The notes under the pieces: generated by a model
Databases searched by the model: none
Seen by the model: only the letters and a program-made list of their open reading frames with translations
What the model was told of the DNA's origin: nothing
Assembly: GCA_043747615.1 (NCBI GenBank)
Contig: JAYTOU010000038.1
Span: 32,001 to 96,000, forward strand
Source of the DNA: Myxococcales bacterium
GTDB taxonomy: Bacteria > Myxococcota_A > Polyangia > Polyangiales > Polyangiaceae
DNA length: 64,000 bases
Direction: 5' to 3'
Shown: positions 17,822-27,916 of the stretch, piece by piece
How positions within the stretch are numbered: position 1 is the first letter of the stretch
Layout: every line of letters begins with the position of its first letter
Translations under genes and position numbers: made by a program

Positions 17822-19390
17822 ATGTGGACAGTTGGCTGGCGCGACGAGGTCTTCGGACGACTGAACGAGGAGTGGGACCTCATCATCATCGGCGGCGGCA
17901 TCACCGGTGCGGGCATTCTCGGCGAGGCCACACGGCAGGGGAAAAAAGCGCTTCTCATCGAAGCCCAAGATTTTTCCTCGGGCACGTCCAGCCGATCGAC
18001 CAAGCTCGTTCACGGTGGTCTTCGCTATCTGAGGCAAGGCCAGTTTCTCGTGACGCGCAAGAGCGTGCGCGAGCGGGAGCGCCTGATGCGGGAGGCGCGC
18101 GGGCTGGTGGACAACCTCGCCTTCTCACTCGCGGTCTTCCCGGGCGATCAGATGCCCAAGTGGATGTACGGCACCGGCCTCGCCATGTACGACGCTCTCG
18201 CCTGGAAGTGGGCACACGAAGCGCAGTCACGAGAGGAGTTCATCACCCGCCTCCCCTCGAGCGCGGGCTCGAAGGTGACTGGCGGCTACCGCTACTTCGA
18301 CGCCCAGACCGATGACTCGCGCCTCGTCATCCGTGTGCTCCGCGAGGCCGTGCGCCTAGGCGGTACCGCCATCAACTACGCAAAGGCGGACTCACTCCTT
18401 CGGGACGAACGAGGTCGCGTGCGAGGAGTGGTGGTGCGAGACACCGAGTCCGGCGCATCTCGCACCGCCGAGGTTCAGGCAAAGGTCGTCATCAACGCCA
18501 CCGGCGCCTGGGCCGACGAGCTCCGAGAGCAGCTCGGGCAAAAGAAGCGCTTGCGTAGAATACGCGGCAGCCACCTGACCTTCACCCAGGCCCGCCTGCC
18601 GCTCAGTGAAGCGGTCAGCCTTCTTCACCCGCGTGACAGTCGCGCGGTATTCGCCGTCCCTTGGGAAGGCGTCACCATCTTCGGCACGACCGACATCGAT
18701 CACGGGGACTTGCGCGAAGAGCCGACGATCAGCGAGTCCGAGACGGGCTACCTGCTCGAGGCGGCGAAGAAGGTATTTCCGTCGCTCGCGCTCACCGAGA
18801 AGGACGTCATCTCCACCTGGTCAGGAGTGCGCCCGGTCATCGACACCGGTAAAAGCGATCCGTCGAAAGAGTCGCGCGAGCACGCCATCTGGAAGGAGAA
18901 CGGCCTCTTTACGATTACCGGAGGGAAGCTCACCACCTTTGCGGTGATGGCGCGCGACGTGCTCGAAGCGGCACGCGAGCAACTCGGCGACGTGAAGGAT
19001 CGCACACGCGTTTTCGAAGAGGTCGACGAGGATTCGATCCGCTGGCCCGATTCGGTCGACGAGGCCATGCGCGTGCGTCTCATCGGTCGGTACGGGCGTG
19101 AAGCTTCGATCATCGCCGCCGACAAAAATGGAGCGCGCTCGATCGGCGGATCCATCGTTCTCTGGAGCGAGCTCCGGCAAGCAGCACGCGCAGAAGGCGT
19201 CGTCACACTTTCCGACCTGCTCTTGCGACGCGCGCGCATCGGGATCCTTCTGCCCGAGGGAGGGATGACCATGATGAAAGAGCTGCGCGCCGTTGCCCAA
19301 CCAGAGCTCGGCTGGGACGACGCTAAGTGGGATCGCGAAGAAGCCGACTACCGCCGAACGTGGAAGCGCGCGTACGGCGCGCCGACGTGA
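17822..19390 (+). CDS. glpD: FAD-dependent glycerol-3-phosphate dehydrogenase/oxidase
   Basis: IIGGGITGAG, SGTSSRSTKLVHGGLRYL, WSGVRP, GGKLTT. Confidence 0.9.
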   Translation: MWTVGWRDEVFGRLNEEWDLIIIGGGITGAGILGEATRQGKKALLIEAQDFSSGTSSRSTKLVHGGLRYLRQGQFLVTRKSVRERERLMREARGLVDNLAFSLAVFPGDQMPKWMYGTGLAMYDALAWKWAHEAQSREEFITRLPSSAGSKVTGGYRYFDAQTDDSRLVIRVLREAVRLGGTAINYAKADSLLRDERGRVRGVVVRDTESGASRTAEVQAKVVINATGAWADELREQLGQKKRLRRIRGSHLTFTQARLPLSEAVSLLHPRDSRAVFAVPWEGVTIFGTTDIDHGDLREEPTISESETGYLLEAAKKVFPSLALTEKDVISTWSGVRPVIDTGKSDPSKESREHAIWKENGLFTITGGKLTTFAVMARDVLEAAREQLGDVKDRTRVFEEVDEDSIRWPDSVDEAMRVRLIGRYGREASIIAADKNGARSIGGSIVLWSELRQAARAEGVVTLSDLLLRRARIGILLPEGGMTMMKELRAVAQPELGWDDAKWDREEADYRRTWKRAYGAPT

Positions 19391-20286
19391 CCCCCAGACC
19401 GAGCATTCGCTACGACGCGAAGCGCGCGGGGTGGCCGATGGTGCGCGCGCGCGGTCAGATCCGCGAGCTCGGCGGAGACGTTTACTTCGCCCTGGTCACG
19501 CGCCCTTTCTGGCAGTTCGTGATCGTCGTCTGCGCTCTCGTCCTGGTGATCAACACGCTTTTTGCTTTCCTCTATCTCCTCGATTCCGGGGGGATCTCCA
19601 ACGCGCGCCCCGGCTCGTTCGAAGACGCGTTTTTCTTCAGCGTGCAGACCTTGGCCACCATCGGGTACGGCACGATGGCCCCCCAGACACGCTTCACGCA
19701 CGTGCTCGTCACGGTGGAATCAATCCTCGGCGTCATCGCCGTGGGTAGCCTCGCGGGGGTCGCTTTTGCACGTCTGTCCCGCCCGCAAGCTCGGGTCGTC
19801 TTCTCGAACAAGTTGGTGATTCGAAACCGAAACGGCGTCCCGCATCTTCAACTCCGCGTCGCCAACTGGCGCACGAACCTGATCGTCGACGCGAGCGTGC
19901 GCATCTATCTGCTCATTGCCGAGAAGACGACCGAAGGGGAGAGCATGCGCGTGCCTCTCGACTTGAAGCTCGTGCGCGACTCGTCACCGGTCTTCTTCCT
20001 GACGTGGACCATCATGCACGCCATCGACGAGCAGAGCCCGTTGTACAGCGAGGAGGTCGTTGAGCAGCTGCGCGCGAGCGGCACCCAAATGTTCGTAATG
20101 CTCACCGGCTACGATCAGACGCTCGGCCAACACGTGCACGCCTCCGCCAACTACAAGCTCGACGACATCGTGCGGAGCGCTCGTTTTTGCGATGTCCTCG
20201 ATGTGGACGTCGACGGCACCCGTCTGCTCGATTTCAGCCGCTTTCACGACGTCGAGCCCGATCAGCCGAGCCCGCCGGCGGAGTGA
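19387..20286 (+). CDS. Inward-rectifier potassium channel (KirBac)
   Basis: FFFSVQTLATIGYG filter, two TMs, FARLSRP, LRVANWR cytoplasmic domain. GTGA overlap with glpD. Confidence 0.92.
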   Translation: MTPRPSIRYDAKRAGWPMVRARGQIRELGGDVYFALVTRPFWQFVIVVCALVLVINTLFAFLYLLDSGGISNARPGSFEDAFFFSVQTLATIGYGTMAPQTRFTHVLVTVESILGVIAVGSLAGVAFARLSRPQARVVFSNKLVIRNRNGVPHLQLRVANWRTNLIVDASVRIYLLIAEKTTEGESMRVPLDLKLVRDSSPVFFLTWTIMHAIDEQSPLYSEEVVEQLRASGTQMFVMLTGYDQTLGQHVHASANYKLDDIVRSARFCDVLDVDVDGTRLLDFSRFHDVEPDQPSPPAE

Positions 20287-20289
20287 TCT

Positions 20290-20520
20290 TCACGGCGTCG
20301 GGTCGCCTCGGAGAAGCCCTTCGTCGACGGTGATCGACTGGCCGCCGACCTCGACGACGTCGCCAATCTGCAGCTTTCGTCCACGGCGTTTGTCGACCTC
20401 ACCGTTTACCTTTACCTCGCCGCCCTGGACCATCGTCTTGGCCTGCCCGCCAGTCGACGCGGCTCCCTGAAGCTTGAGCAGCTGATCGAGGCGGATCGTT
20501 TTTTTTTCGGTCGGGTCCAT
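20290..20520 (-). CDS. RNA-binding S4 domain protein (YaaA/YbcJ-like)
   Basis: IRLDQLLK..TGGQAK..VKVNGEVDKRRGRKL..GD. Confidence 0.9.
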   Translation of the reverse strand: MDPTEKKTIRLDQLLKLQGAASTGGQAKTMVQGGEVKVNGEVDKRRGRKLQIGDVVEVGGQSITVDEGLLRGDPTP

Positions 20521-20533
20521 CGTCGTGAGCTCG

Positions 20534-21964
20534 CTAGTGTTTTGTTGTCGTCGAGCTTGGCGCGCTCGTCGGCGGCGCGTGGCGGTGAAGCGCGCTGTTC
20601 TTCAGGGAGACACCGACGAACACCACGCCGAGTAGGAAAAGCACCATCAACAGGATCATGAGTCGCGGAAGCCAGGGCTCGGACGGCTTGAACTGACGAT
20701 TCGTGGTGATGCTCGAGAAGTCTGAAAAGTCGCGGGTGGCGGCGCCAGGCATGACGGGTTGGTGCACGTACGGTTGCGCATGCTGCTGCAGGAGTGGCTG
20801 CATCTGCGGTGACCCGGGCGGTTGAAGGAAACGCTGCGTCGCGGCCGGCAAGCCGGCGGCCGGAGGGAGCGGCACGTTGCGAGACTGGGCCTCGCGCATC
20901 GCAGCAAACTGAGATTCGTTGATCGTGGGCGCCGCGCTCACCGGGTCTTCCCCTTCGTTGCTCTCTTCGGGAGCAATCGCGGCGGCGACCCCGGCGAACT
21001 CGGTTGCGGTGATGTCGCGATTGAAGCCCACGGACGAAGGAGCAGGGCGATCGACCGACGTCGGCGTCGCTGGGCGCTGGATGACGACGCCCACCTCGAG
21101 CGACTGAGCGGCGGTGAGGGGGTACGCTTCACGAAGGGCAGCCTGCATCTCCCGCGCGCTTCCCCAGCGGTGCGAGCGATCGAGCGCGAGCGAGCGATCA
21201 ATCACCTCGACCACCGAACGTGGAACGTTGGGGGCGGCCTGCGAGAGCGAACGCGCAGGCACCGAAGCGATCACCTGCAGGTACTCGTGGAGCGTCCCCG
21301 ACTTGTGGACGGGTTCATTGGTGAGAAGAGTGAAGGCCGTCGCGCCGACCGACCACAAATCGGATCGCGGATCGACCGCGCCGCTGTTGCCGCTCGCCTG
21401 CTCGGGGGACATGAAATCCGGCGTTCCCAGGATGAGGCCTGCGCGTGTTGGCATGCGCGAGCCGATCGTCTCGCTAATGCGCGCGAGACCGAAATCGAGC
21501 ACTTTCAGTCCGCCGTCTTTGGTGAGAAAGACGTTGTCCGGCTTCACGTCGCGATGGACGATCCCCTGAGCGTGGGCCGCGGCGAGAACGTCGAGCAGAC
21601 GGTCCATCGTCGGGATTACGTCGTCGAGGGGAAGCTTGCCGCCGAAGCGCATCGCCCGGGCCTCGAGCGTCTCTCCCTCCAGGAGCTCCATGACCAAAAA
21701 TACGGCGCCGTCTTCCATGACGTCGTCGTCGAGAATGCGCACCACGCCCGGGTGACGGATGGTGTTGGCGACGTAGCCTTCGCGCAGAAAACGAGCGCGA
21801 ATGTCAGCGTTTCCGGCGAGGTCACTGTGGAGGATCTTCACGGCAACGCGGTACCCGTTGCGATGTGTCGCGGCGTACACGGAGGCCGTCGAGCCGTCGC
21901 CGAGACGCGCATCGATCCTCCATTTTCCCTTGATGAGATGCCCGCTTCGCTCGAACGGTTCCAA
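20534..21964 (-). CDS. Membrane-anchored Ser/Thr protein kinase
   Basis: VAVK, HRDVKPDN, DFG, MSPEQ; Pro/Ala/Gln linker and a C-terminal TM helix. Confidence 0.92.
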   Translation of the reverse strand: MEPFERSGHLIKGKWRIDARLGDGSTASVYAATHRNGYRVAVKILHSDLAGNADIRARFLREGYVANTIRHPGVVRILDDDVMEDGAVFLVMELLEGETLEARAMRFGGKLPLDDVIPTMDRLLDVLAAAHAQGIVHRDVKPDNVFLTKDGGLKVLDFGLARISETIGSRMPTRAGLILGTPDFMSPEQASGNSGAVDPRSDLWSVGATAFTLLTNEPVHKSGTLHEYLQVIASVPARSLSQAAPNVPRSVVEVIDRSLALDRSHRWGSAREMQAALREAYPLTAAQSLEVGVVIQRPATPTSVDRPAPSSVGFNRDITATEFAGVAAAIAPEESNEGEDPVSAAPTINESQFAAMREAQSRNVPLPPAAGLPAATQRFLQPPGSPQMQPLLQQHAQPYVHQPVMPGAATRDFSDFSSITTNRQFKPSEPWLPRLMILLMVLFLLGVVFVGVSLKNSALHRHAPPTSAPSSTTTKH

Positions 21965-21997
21965 TGTCGCTAGACCGAAATTAGCACGTGCGCCCGC

Positions 21998-23062
21998 CTA
22001 GTCGTCGGAATCGTCGGTCAGATCCATCACACGCTGCTCGAGCCCGCGCCCCTTGGTGACGTGGCTGATGCGGGCCTGGTTGTTCAGGAGGACCCACAGA
22101 GTTGCCCCGATGACCGACTCGGCGTCCGTTGCCCCCCGCTCGAAATACACCACGAGCTCGCGGCGCTCGTCGTCCCAGTCGACGCGTTTCACGAGGGCCA
22201 GCTCGCGCAGAGGAACGAGCGGAACGGGCCCGAGGCCGAGCTTGATATGCACCTCCTCGGACGACGCGGTGAGCTCGGAGATGGTCCCAGCGGCAACGAG
22301 CTTTCCGCGATCGAGGATGGCGGCGGCGTCGCAGATCTCCTCGAGCTCTTGGAGATTGTGGCTGGAGACCACGAGCGTGCAGCGCCCCTTGCGGCTCTTG
22401 ATCAGCTGGCGGACTTCGTACGCGCTGCGCGGATCGAGGCCGCTCGTCGGCTCGTCGAGGAGGACCACTTCCGGCTCCCCGAGAAGCGCCTGGGCGAGCT
22501 GTACGCGCTTGGCCATGCCGTGCGAAAGCGCAGAGCAGCGCACCTTCCACCAGTCTTTGCCTCCGACCTCTTCGAGCACGGCGCGCGAAAGCGTTTCCGC
22601 TTTTTCTCGGGGGATCCCCTGGAGGCGGGCCATGTGCACCAGAAACTCGCCGACGCTGTCCGAAGGGGGAAGCATCGCGTCCTGGGGGAGCACGCCGACC
22701 CGCGATTTCAGCTGCGTGACTTGGGTGGGCGCGAAGCCGAGGACTTCGAGCGTTCCGTGGGTCGGCTTGAGGAATCCGGCCATCATGGAGAACGTGGTCG
22801 TCTTCCCTGCCCCGTTCGGACCGATGAGGCCATACACCGTGCCCTTTTCGATCTCCAACGTGACGTCGTCGACCGCAAGCTTCTCGCCGAACTTCTTCGT
22901 GAGCTTGCGAAGCCGGATCGCCGCCTCAAGCGATGATTTTTTCTTCTTCTTTTTCTTGGGGGCGTCGCCGTCGACTCTCGGGTCCCCCAGCGCTTCGATT
23001 ACTGCCTCGACGGGAGCGGAGTCTTTTGCTTCGTCGTCTTTCGTGGCTAATTCGTCGGTCAT
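21998..23062 (-). CDS. ABC-2 type exporter ATP-binding protein
   Basis: GPNGAGKTT, LSHGM signature, LLDEPTSGLD, SSH. Confidence 0.92.
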   Translation of the reverse strand: MTDELATKDDEAKDSAPVEAVIEALGDPRVDGDAPKKKKKKKSSLEAAIRLRKLTKKFGEKLAVDDVTLEIEKGTVYGLIGPNGAGKTTTFSMMAGFLKPTHGTLEVLGFAPTQVTQLKSRVGVLPQDAMLPPSDSVGEFLVHMARLQGIPREKAETLSRAVLEEVGGKDWWKVRCSALSHGMAKRVQLAQALLGEPEVVLLDEPTSGLDPRSAYEVRQLIKSRKGRCTLVVSSHNLQELEEICDAAAILDRGKLVAAGTISELTASSEEVHIKLGLGPVPLVPLRELALVKRVDWDDERRELVVYFERGATDAESVIGATLWVLLNNQARISHVTKGRGLEQRVMDLTDDSDD

Positions 23063-23063
23063 C

Positions 23064-23894
23064 TCACACGTCCCTTCGAGAGAAGAGAAACGCTCCGAGC
23101 GCCGTGGCCACAAGGGCAAACGACGCGCAGGCTGCAACTCCATAGGCCGCGTGGTCGAGCTTCGGCGACAGGAGCCAGGCGTCGTAGCTATTCGGATACA
23201 GCCACGTCAGCCAGCGGATCTCTCCGACCTCGCCGACGGCGTCCATGATCCACAGCACGAAGAATGAGGCGCACGTCATGAGAAAGGCGATGATCGGCGT
23301 GCGAAATTGAGACGACACGAGCTGCGCGAGCCCCGACCAGGCGGCGATGATCGGCAGCGTCACGATCCAGAAACGAAAGCCCCACGTGAAAATGTAGGCC
23401 GGGTCGGCGCCGCCCCGCGAGAGGGTGACGCCCCACACGAGAGCGTGCATGAGGAGCGTGATCGAAGCCACGACCACGAAGAGCCCGAAGACTTTTGCCG
23501 TGTAGTAGGCCGCGCGGCGCGATCGCACCGCCCAGTAGCGAACGCTTCGGTGTTGAAGCTCGCCCGAGATGGAGTCGAAGCCGATGATGGCGATGAGCAG
23601 CGGCACGAGCCACACCGTCAGAAGGAGCATCCCCAGTAGGACCGGGGGCGCATCTGCGAGGTAGTGACCCATCACCTCGTCGCCGTACTTCTTCGTGAGA
23701 GCGCCTTCTTGGAGCTCCTTCATCTGCGCCGCGGAGATTTTCCCCTCGTCGATCGCGCGCAGCTTCATGAGGAGAAGCGCGGTCGCGATTCCTCCCAGGA
23801 TGGAGATGGCGACGATGACCAGGCCCTTCGCGCTGCGAAGATTTTTCCGAATCTCGCGGCCCGCGATCAGCCAAATTTCTTCTAGCGCATGCAT
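23064..23894 (-). CDS. ABC-2 type exporter permease
   Basis: IAGREIRK, GFDSISGELQHRSVRY, six TMs, ends FSRRDV. Confidence 0.88.
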   Translation of the reverse strand: MHALEEIWLIAGREIRKNLRSAKGLVIVAISILGGIATALLLMKLRAIDEGKISAAQMKELQEGALTKKYGDEVMGHYLADAPPVLLGMLLLTVWLVPLLIAIIGFDSISGELQHRSVRYWAVRSRRAAYYTAKVFGLFVVVASITLLMHALVWGVTLSRGGADPAYIFTWGFRFWIVTLPIIAAWSGLAQLVSSQFRTPIIAFLMTCASFFVLWIMDAVGEVGEIRWLTWLYPNSYDAWLLSPKLDHAAYGVAACASFALVATALGAFLFSRRDV

Positions 23895-23953
23895 CGGGGA
23901 GGCACGGTAATCGGCCGCGCCGGTCTTCGGCAAGGTCGCGGCTCAAAATGAAA

Positions 23954-24032
23954 GGCCCCGTCACACCCTTCCACGCTACCGTTGCTCCCTCTCGGGCCTG
24001 GCGGGGTTCACGCTTCCGAAGTTGACAGGGCC
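23954..24032 (-). ncRNA. ffs: Signal recognition particle RNA (small type, 4.5S)
   Basis: Reverse complement is GGCCCTGTCA..GTGAACCCCGC-CAGG-CCC-GAGA-GGG-AGCA-ACGGTAGC..TGACGGGGCC. Conserved helix-8 CAGG/AGCA loop with a GNRA tetraloop, paired termini, followed by a T-rich tract. Confidence 0.9.
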
Positions 24033-24456
24033 ATAAGGGCCGATGAAGCTGGCTGACCTGTGGCTTTAGACGCCCTCGCCACGAATGTCCATGCACAGCG
24101 CGATGGACGGCTTTCAAGAGACGTGGTGTGACCCACAATCGAATTCCGGGGACATGCCCTGGCGCCGGGGAGAAAAGTCCGCTAAGCCCGAAGGTAGGGG
24201 TACGTGAGGTTCACCTCCCCGAAGTTTCTGGTCTCTCAAAGGTCTTACAAACCAAACGAGACTTTGTTTTTTTATCGCTGCGTGGACCAACCGCCCCGTT
24301 CTTTTCGGGCAAGTAAGCGCAGCGCGCCCCGTACAAGCCAGTGTTTTTCGCCCATTTTTTTAGATCGAGAGTCGCGTCGGCCCGGAAGAATCCAGCCAAG
24401 CACGCGTTCACCGGTCCGAGAGATGCGGTCTGCAGGGGCGGGAAAGTTTCAGCTTC

Positions 24457-26862
24457 ATGTCCAAGAATACTCTCGTTATCAGCGTCGATATCCGTGAAAC
24501 CCGCGTAGCTCTCATCGAAGGCGGAATCATCGCCGAGCTACACATCGAAAGGCGCGGCGGCGCGCACCAACACTCAGGAACGGTCGGGGACGTAGTCCTC
24601 GGGAAGGTCACCCGCGTCCTGCCCGGGCTCCAAGCCGCCTTTGTCGACATCGGGCAAGAGCGCGCCGCGTTCCTCCATGTCGAAGACCTCATTCGCCCGG
24701 ACGACTTCGACGCCTACCTGGCAGGCGGTCGAAAAGCGGCGCGCGAGGACACCGCCGCCCCCGTGGCCACCGGCGACGAAGAGCTCGACGAGGAAGCGGA
24801 AGCCATCGCCATCGCGTCGCCAGCGGAAGAGGCATCAGAGGAGACGCCCGAAGAGACCGCCGAAGACACCGCGGAAGAGGCAGTCGTCGATGGGCCGGAA
24901 GAGCGCACTTCCGAGCACGTCGACGCGAGCATGGCCAGTCTGCCGGACGTGGGCGATGCGCCCATGGCGGACGCGAGCGAAGACCTCGCGGAAGATGCTG
25001 GCGCGGCGGACGACGCGGACGACTCCGAGGACGACCTGGATTCCGTTCCGACCCAGCGGCGTCGCCCGAGTGGGTCGACCCCGATCGCCACCGCAGCCGC
25101 AGAGATGCCGTTGGAGGGGGTCGAGAGCGACCGACCGACACTCGAGTTCACTCGACCGAGCGAGACGCGCATCGAAGGCGGCGCATCGATTTCCCAGTCG
25201 GGAGAGCATCCCGTCGCAGATTCGCCTGGCGACATGGATCGCCCGCAAGCCCGCCAGTCGAATGACGGCGCCGAACCGCGTCGTCGCTCGGGGCGCGGTT
25301 CAGCCCGTGCGGCGTCTGAGCGCGTTGATAACCGCGCGCAGCAGGCCCGTCCGCTCCCCGAGCTTCCCGAGTTTCCGGACATGCCGGGCTTCACCATCAC
25401 CAACCCGGGCGAGCCCACGCCGCGAGCCGTTCCGCCGCCCCGCGCGGGTGGAAACGATCGAAGCGGTCGCCAGAGTGGCGGCGGCGGCGGCGGTCGCGGA
25501 CGATCGTCGCGCAGCCGCGGTCGTGGACGCGACGGTGGCGGTGGTGGCGGGCGCGACGGAGATCGCGGACGCAACCGCTCCAACAACGACGGCATCGATC
25601 GCGGCCCGCGTCGCAGCGGCGAGCGCAGCTCGGTCCCCAACCGCATCTCGAAATCCACGCCCATTCGCGACGTCGTTCGCGAAGGCCAGGAGATCATCGT
25701 TCAAGTCTCGAAGGATCCCATCGGAACCAAGGGAGCGCGCTGCACCAGCCATATTTCGCTCCCCGGGCGTTACGTCGTCTACCTGCCGACGGTCGATCAC
25801 ATCGGGATCTCCAAGCGCATCGGCTCAGAAAAAGAGCGTGCCCGCCTCCGCGAAGCCATCGAGGGGATGAAGCCGCCGAGCGGCGGTCTCATCGTGCGTA
25901 CCGTGGCCGAGGGGCTCACGAAGAAGCAGCTCAAAGCAGACGTCGGCTACCTCGTTCGTTTGTGGGGCGAGATCGCGAAGAAAAAAGAAGGAGCGAAGGC
26001 TCCGAATCTTTTGTCGAGCGAGCTCGATCTCGTTCTCAAGACGGCGCGCGATCTCTTCACCGACGAAGTTCACCAAGTGGTGATCGACGACAAGCACCAG
26101 TACGACCGCCTGTGCCGCTTCGTGGAGATGTTCGCTCCCGAGCGCGTGAAGGACATCATCTATTACTCGGGCGAAGAAGCCATTTTCGACGCCTACGGGA
26201 TCGAAGACGAAATCGGTCGGGCTCTGTCGCGCAAGGTGCCGCTCCCCTCGGGAGGTCACTTGGTGATCGATCAAGCCGAAGCCCTCACCGCCATCGACGT
26301 CAACACCGGTCGCTTCGTGGGCAAGGGCTCGAAGGACATGGAGGAGACGATCCTCAAGACGAACATGGAGGCCGTCCACGAGATCGCCTACCAGCTTCGT
26401 TTCCGGAACATCGGCGGGCTGATCATTCTCGATCTCATCGACATGGAGCGTCACTCCAACCGCGAAAAAGTCCGTCGCGCTCTCGAAGACGTTCTTCAGA
26501 AGGACAAAGCCAAGACCACGCTCAATCGCATCTCGGAGCTCGGGCTCATCGAGATGACGCGCAAGCGCACGCGCGAGAGCCTCGGCCGCCTCTTGAACGA
26601 GCCCTGTTTCTACTGCGACGGCACTGGCCAGCTCCAATCGAAGGAGACTGTGGCCTACGAAATCCTTCGCGAGATCCGGCGAAAGCGCGGAGACCTCCCG
26701 GGTTACACCGTCCTCGTCAACGCCCACCCGGCCGTCGCCGACATCCTGGTAGGGTCCGAGAAGGCCGCCCTCGCCGACGCGGAAAACAAGTACATGCGGA
26801 AGATCACCGTCATTCCCCGCAAGGAGTACCACCTCGAGCAATTCGACATCACCGGCAAATGA
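24457..26862 (+). CDS. Rne/Rng family ribonuclease with a large insertion in the S1 domain
   Basis: RVLPGLQAAFVDIG, VQVSKDPIGTKGAR, IDVNTG, GGLIILDLIDM, EMTRKR, CFYC Zn-link. No C-terminal scaffold (RNase G-like end). Confidence 0.93.
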   Translation: MSKNTLVISVDIRETRVALIEGGIIAELHIERRGGAHQHSGTVGDVVLGKVTRVLPGLQAAFVDIGQERAAFLHVEDLIRPDDFDAYLAGGRKAAREDTAAPVATGDEELDEEAEAIAIASPAEEASEETPEETAEDTAEEAVVDGPEERTSEHVDASMASLPDVGDAPMADASEDLAEDAGAADDADDSEDDLDSVPTQRRRPSGSTPIATAAAEMPLEGVESDRPTLEFTRPSETRIEGGASISQSGEHPVADSPGDMDRPQARQSNDGAEPRRRSGRGSARAASERVDNRAQQARPLPELPEFPDMPGFTITNPGEPTPRAVPPPRAGGNDRSGRQSGGGGGGRGRSSRSRGRGRDGGGGGGRDGDRGRNRSNNDGIDRGPRRSGERSSVPNRISKSTPIRDVVREGQEIIVQVSKDPIGTKGARCTSHISLPGRYVVYLPTVDHIGISKRIGSEKERARLREAIEGMKPPSGGLIVRTVAEGLTKKQLKADVGYLVRLWGEIAKKKEGAKAPNLLSSELDLVLKTARDLFTDEVHQVVIDDKHQYDRLCRFVEMFAPERVKDIIYYSGEEAIFDAYGIEDEIGRALSRKVPLPSGGHLVIDQAEALTAIDVNTGRFVGKGSKDMEETILKTNMEAVHEIAYQLRFRNIGGLIILDLIDMERHSNREKVRRALEDVLQKDKAKTTLNRISELGLIEMTRKRTRESLGRLLNEPCFYCDGTGQLQSKETVAYEILREIRRKRGDLPGYTVLVNAHPAVADILVGSEKAALADAENKYMRKITVIPRKEYHLEQFDITGK

Positions 26863-26926
26863 ACCGACTCGGGCGCGGAGCTAGAGTCGAACACATCCAT
26901 CGAAGATGAAACCGAGGAGCGCCGAC

Positions 26927-27244
26927 ATGGAAGAGGACAAGCGCCTTGGTGAACGGGTCACGATCAACAAAGAGTTCGAGTCGTTCGACGCGTTCATTCA
27001 AGAGTACGTCACGAACATTTCCGAGACGGGTGTGTTCATCAAGTCGGCCAGCGTGCTCCCCGTGGGCACCCGCGTGAACCTCCGCTTTACGGTCATCATG
27101 GATGACATCGAGACCATCGAGGGCATCGGCGAGGTCGTTCGCGTCGAGCACGATCCCCCCGGGATGGGCGTGGTTTTCCGCGAGCTCAACGCTTACTCGA
27201 AAAACCTCATCGAGAAGCTCTTGACCCAGCGCTCCCCGCGCTGA
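26927..27244 (+). CDS. Stand-alone PilZ domain protein
   Basis: RLGER (RxxxR) and NISETG (D/NxSxxG) c-di-GMP motifs. GAGGAG RBS; alternative start at 26906. Confidence 0.85.
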   Translation: MEEDKRLGERVTINKEFESFDAFIQEYVTNISETGVFIKSASVLPVGTRVNLRFTVIMDDIETIEGIGEVVRVEHDPPGMGVVFRELNAYSKNLIEKLLTQRSPR

Positions 27245-27327
27245 AGCGGCGCGCGATCGAAAGCTGATCACCTCATCCACGCGAGCGGTGTATCCTCCTC
27301 GACCCCCAAAATAGGAGATACCCGCAC

Positions 27328-27909
27328 ATGGCATTTACGCTTTCCCCGCTCCCGTACGACAAGGCCGCGCTCGCTCCCCACATCAGCGCCGAGACGCTCG
27401 AGTTCCACCACGGCAAGCATCACCAGGCTTACGTGACGAACTTGAACAAGCTCCTCGAAGGCAAGCCCGAGGCCGACAAGACGCTCGAAGAAATCATCAA
27501 GAGCTCTGAAGGGCCCGTCTTCAACAACGCGGCGCAGGTCTGGAATCACACGTTCTACTGGCAGTCGATGAAACCGAATGGTGGTGGTGCGCCCACGGGA
27601 GACCTGCTCGCAGCGATCACCCGTGACTTCGGGTCGGTGGAGAAGCTCACCGAGGAGATGACCAATGCGGCCGTGACCCAGTTCGGATCAGGCTGGGCTT
27701 GGCTGGTCGAGAACGGTGGGAAGCTCTCGGTCACCAAGACGGGCAACGCCGATCTGCCGCTCAAGCACGGGCACAAGGCGCTCCTCACGATCGACGTCTG
27801 GGAGCACGCCTATTACATCGACTACCGCAACGCGCGGCCGAAGTACGTGGAGACTTTCTTCAAGAGCCTCGCGAACTGGGACTTCGCGCTCGCGAACCTG
27901 AAAAAATAA
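27328..27909 (+). CDS. sodB: Superoxide dismutase [Fe]
   Basis: HHGKHH, FNNAAQVWNH, FGSGWAW, DVWEHAYY; AAQ and GNA motifs indicate the Fe type. Confidence 0.95.
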   Translation: MAFTLSPLPYDKAALAPHISAETLEFHHGKHHQAYVTNLNKLLEGKPEADKTLEEIIKSSEGPVFNNAAQVWNHTFYWQSMKPNGGGAPTGDLLAAITRDFGSVEKLTEEMTNAAVTQFGSGWAWLVENGGKLSVTKTGNADLPLKHGHKALLTIDVWEHAYYIDYRNARPKYVETFFKSLANWDFALANLKK

Positions 27910-27916
27910 CTCGACC

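Noticed and set aside
24033..24456. 6S RNA or structured autoregulatory leader upstream of the RNase E/G gene
   Set aside because: Only short hairpins seen (e.g. 24197-24220); cannot be supported without a covariance search.
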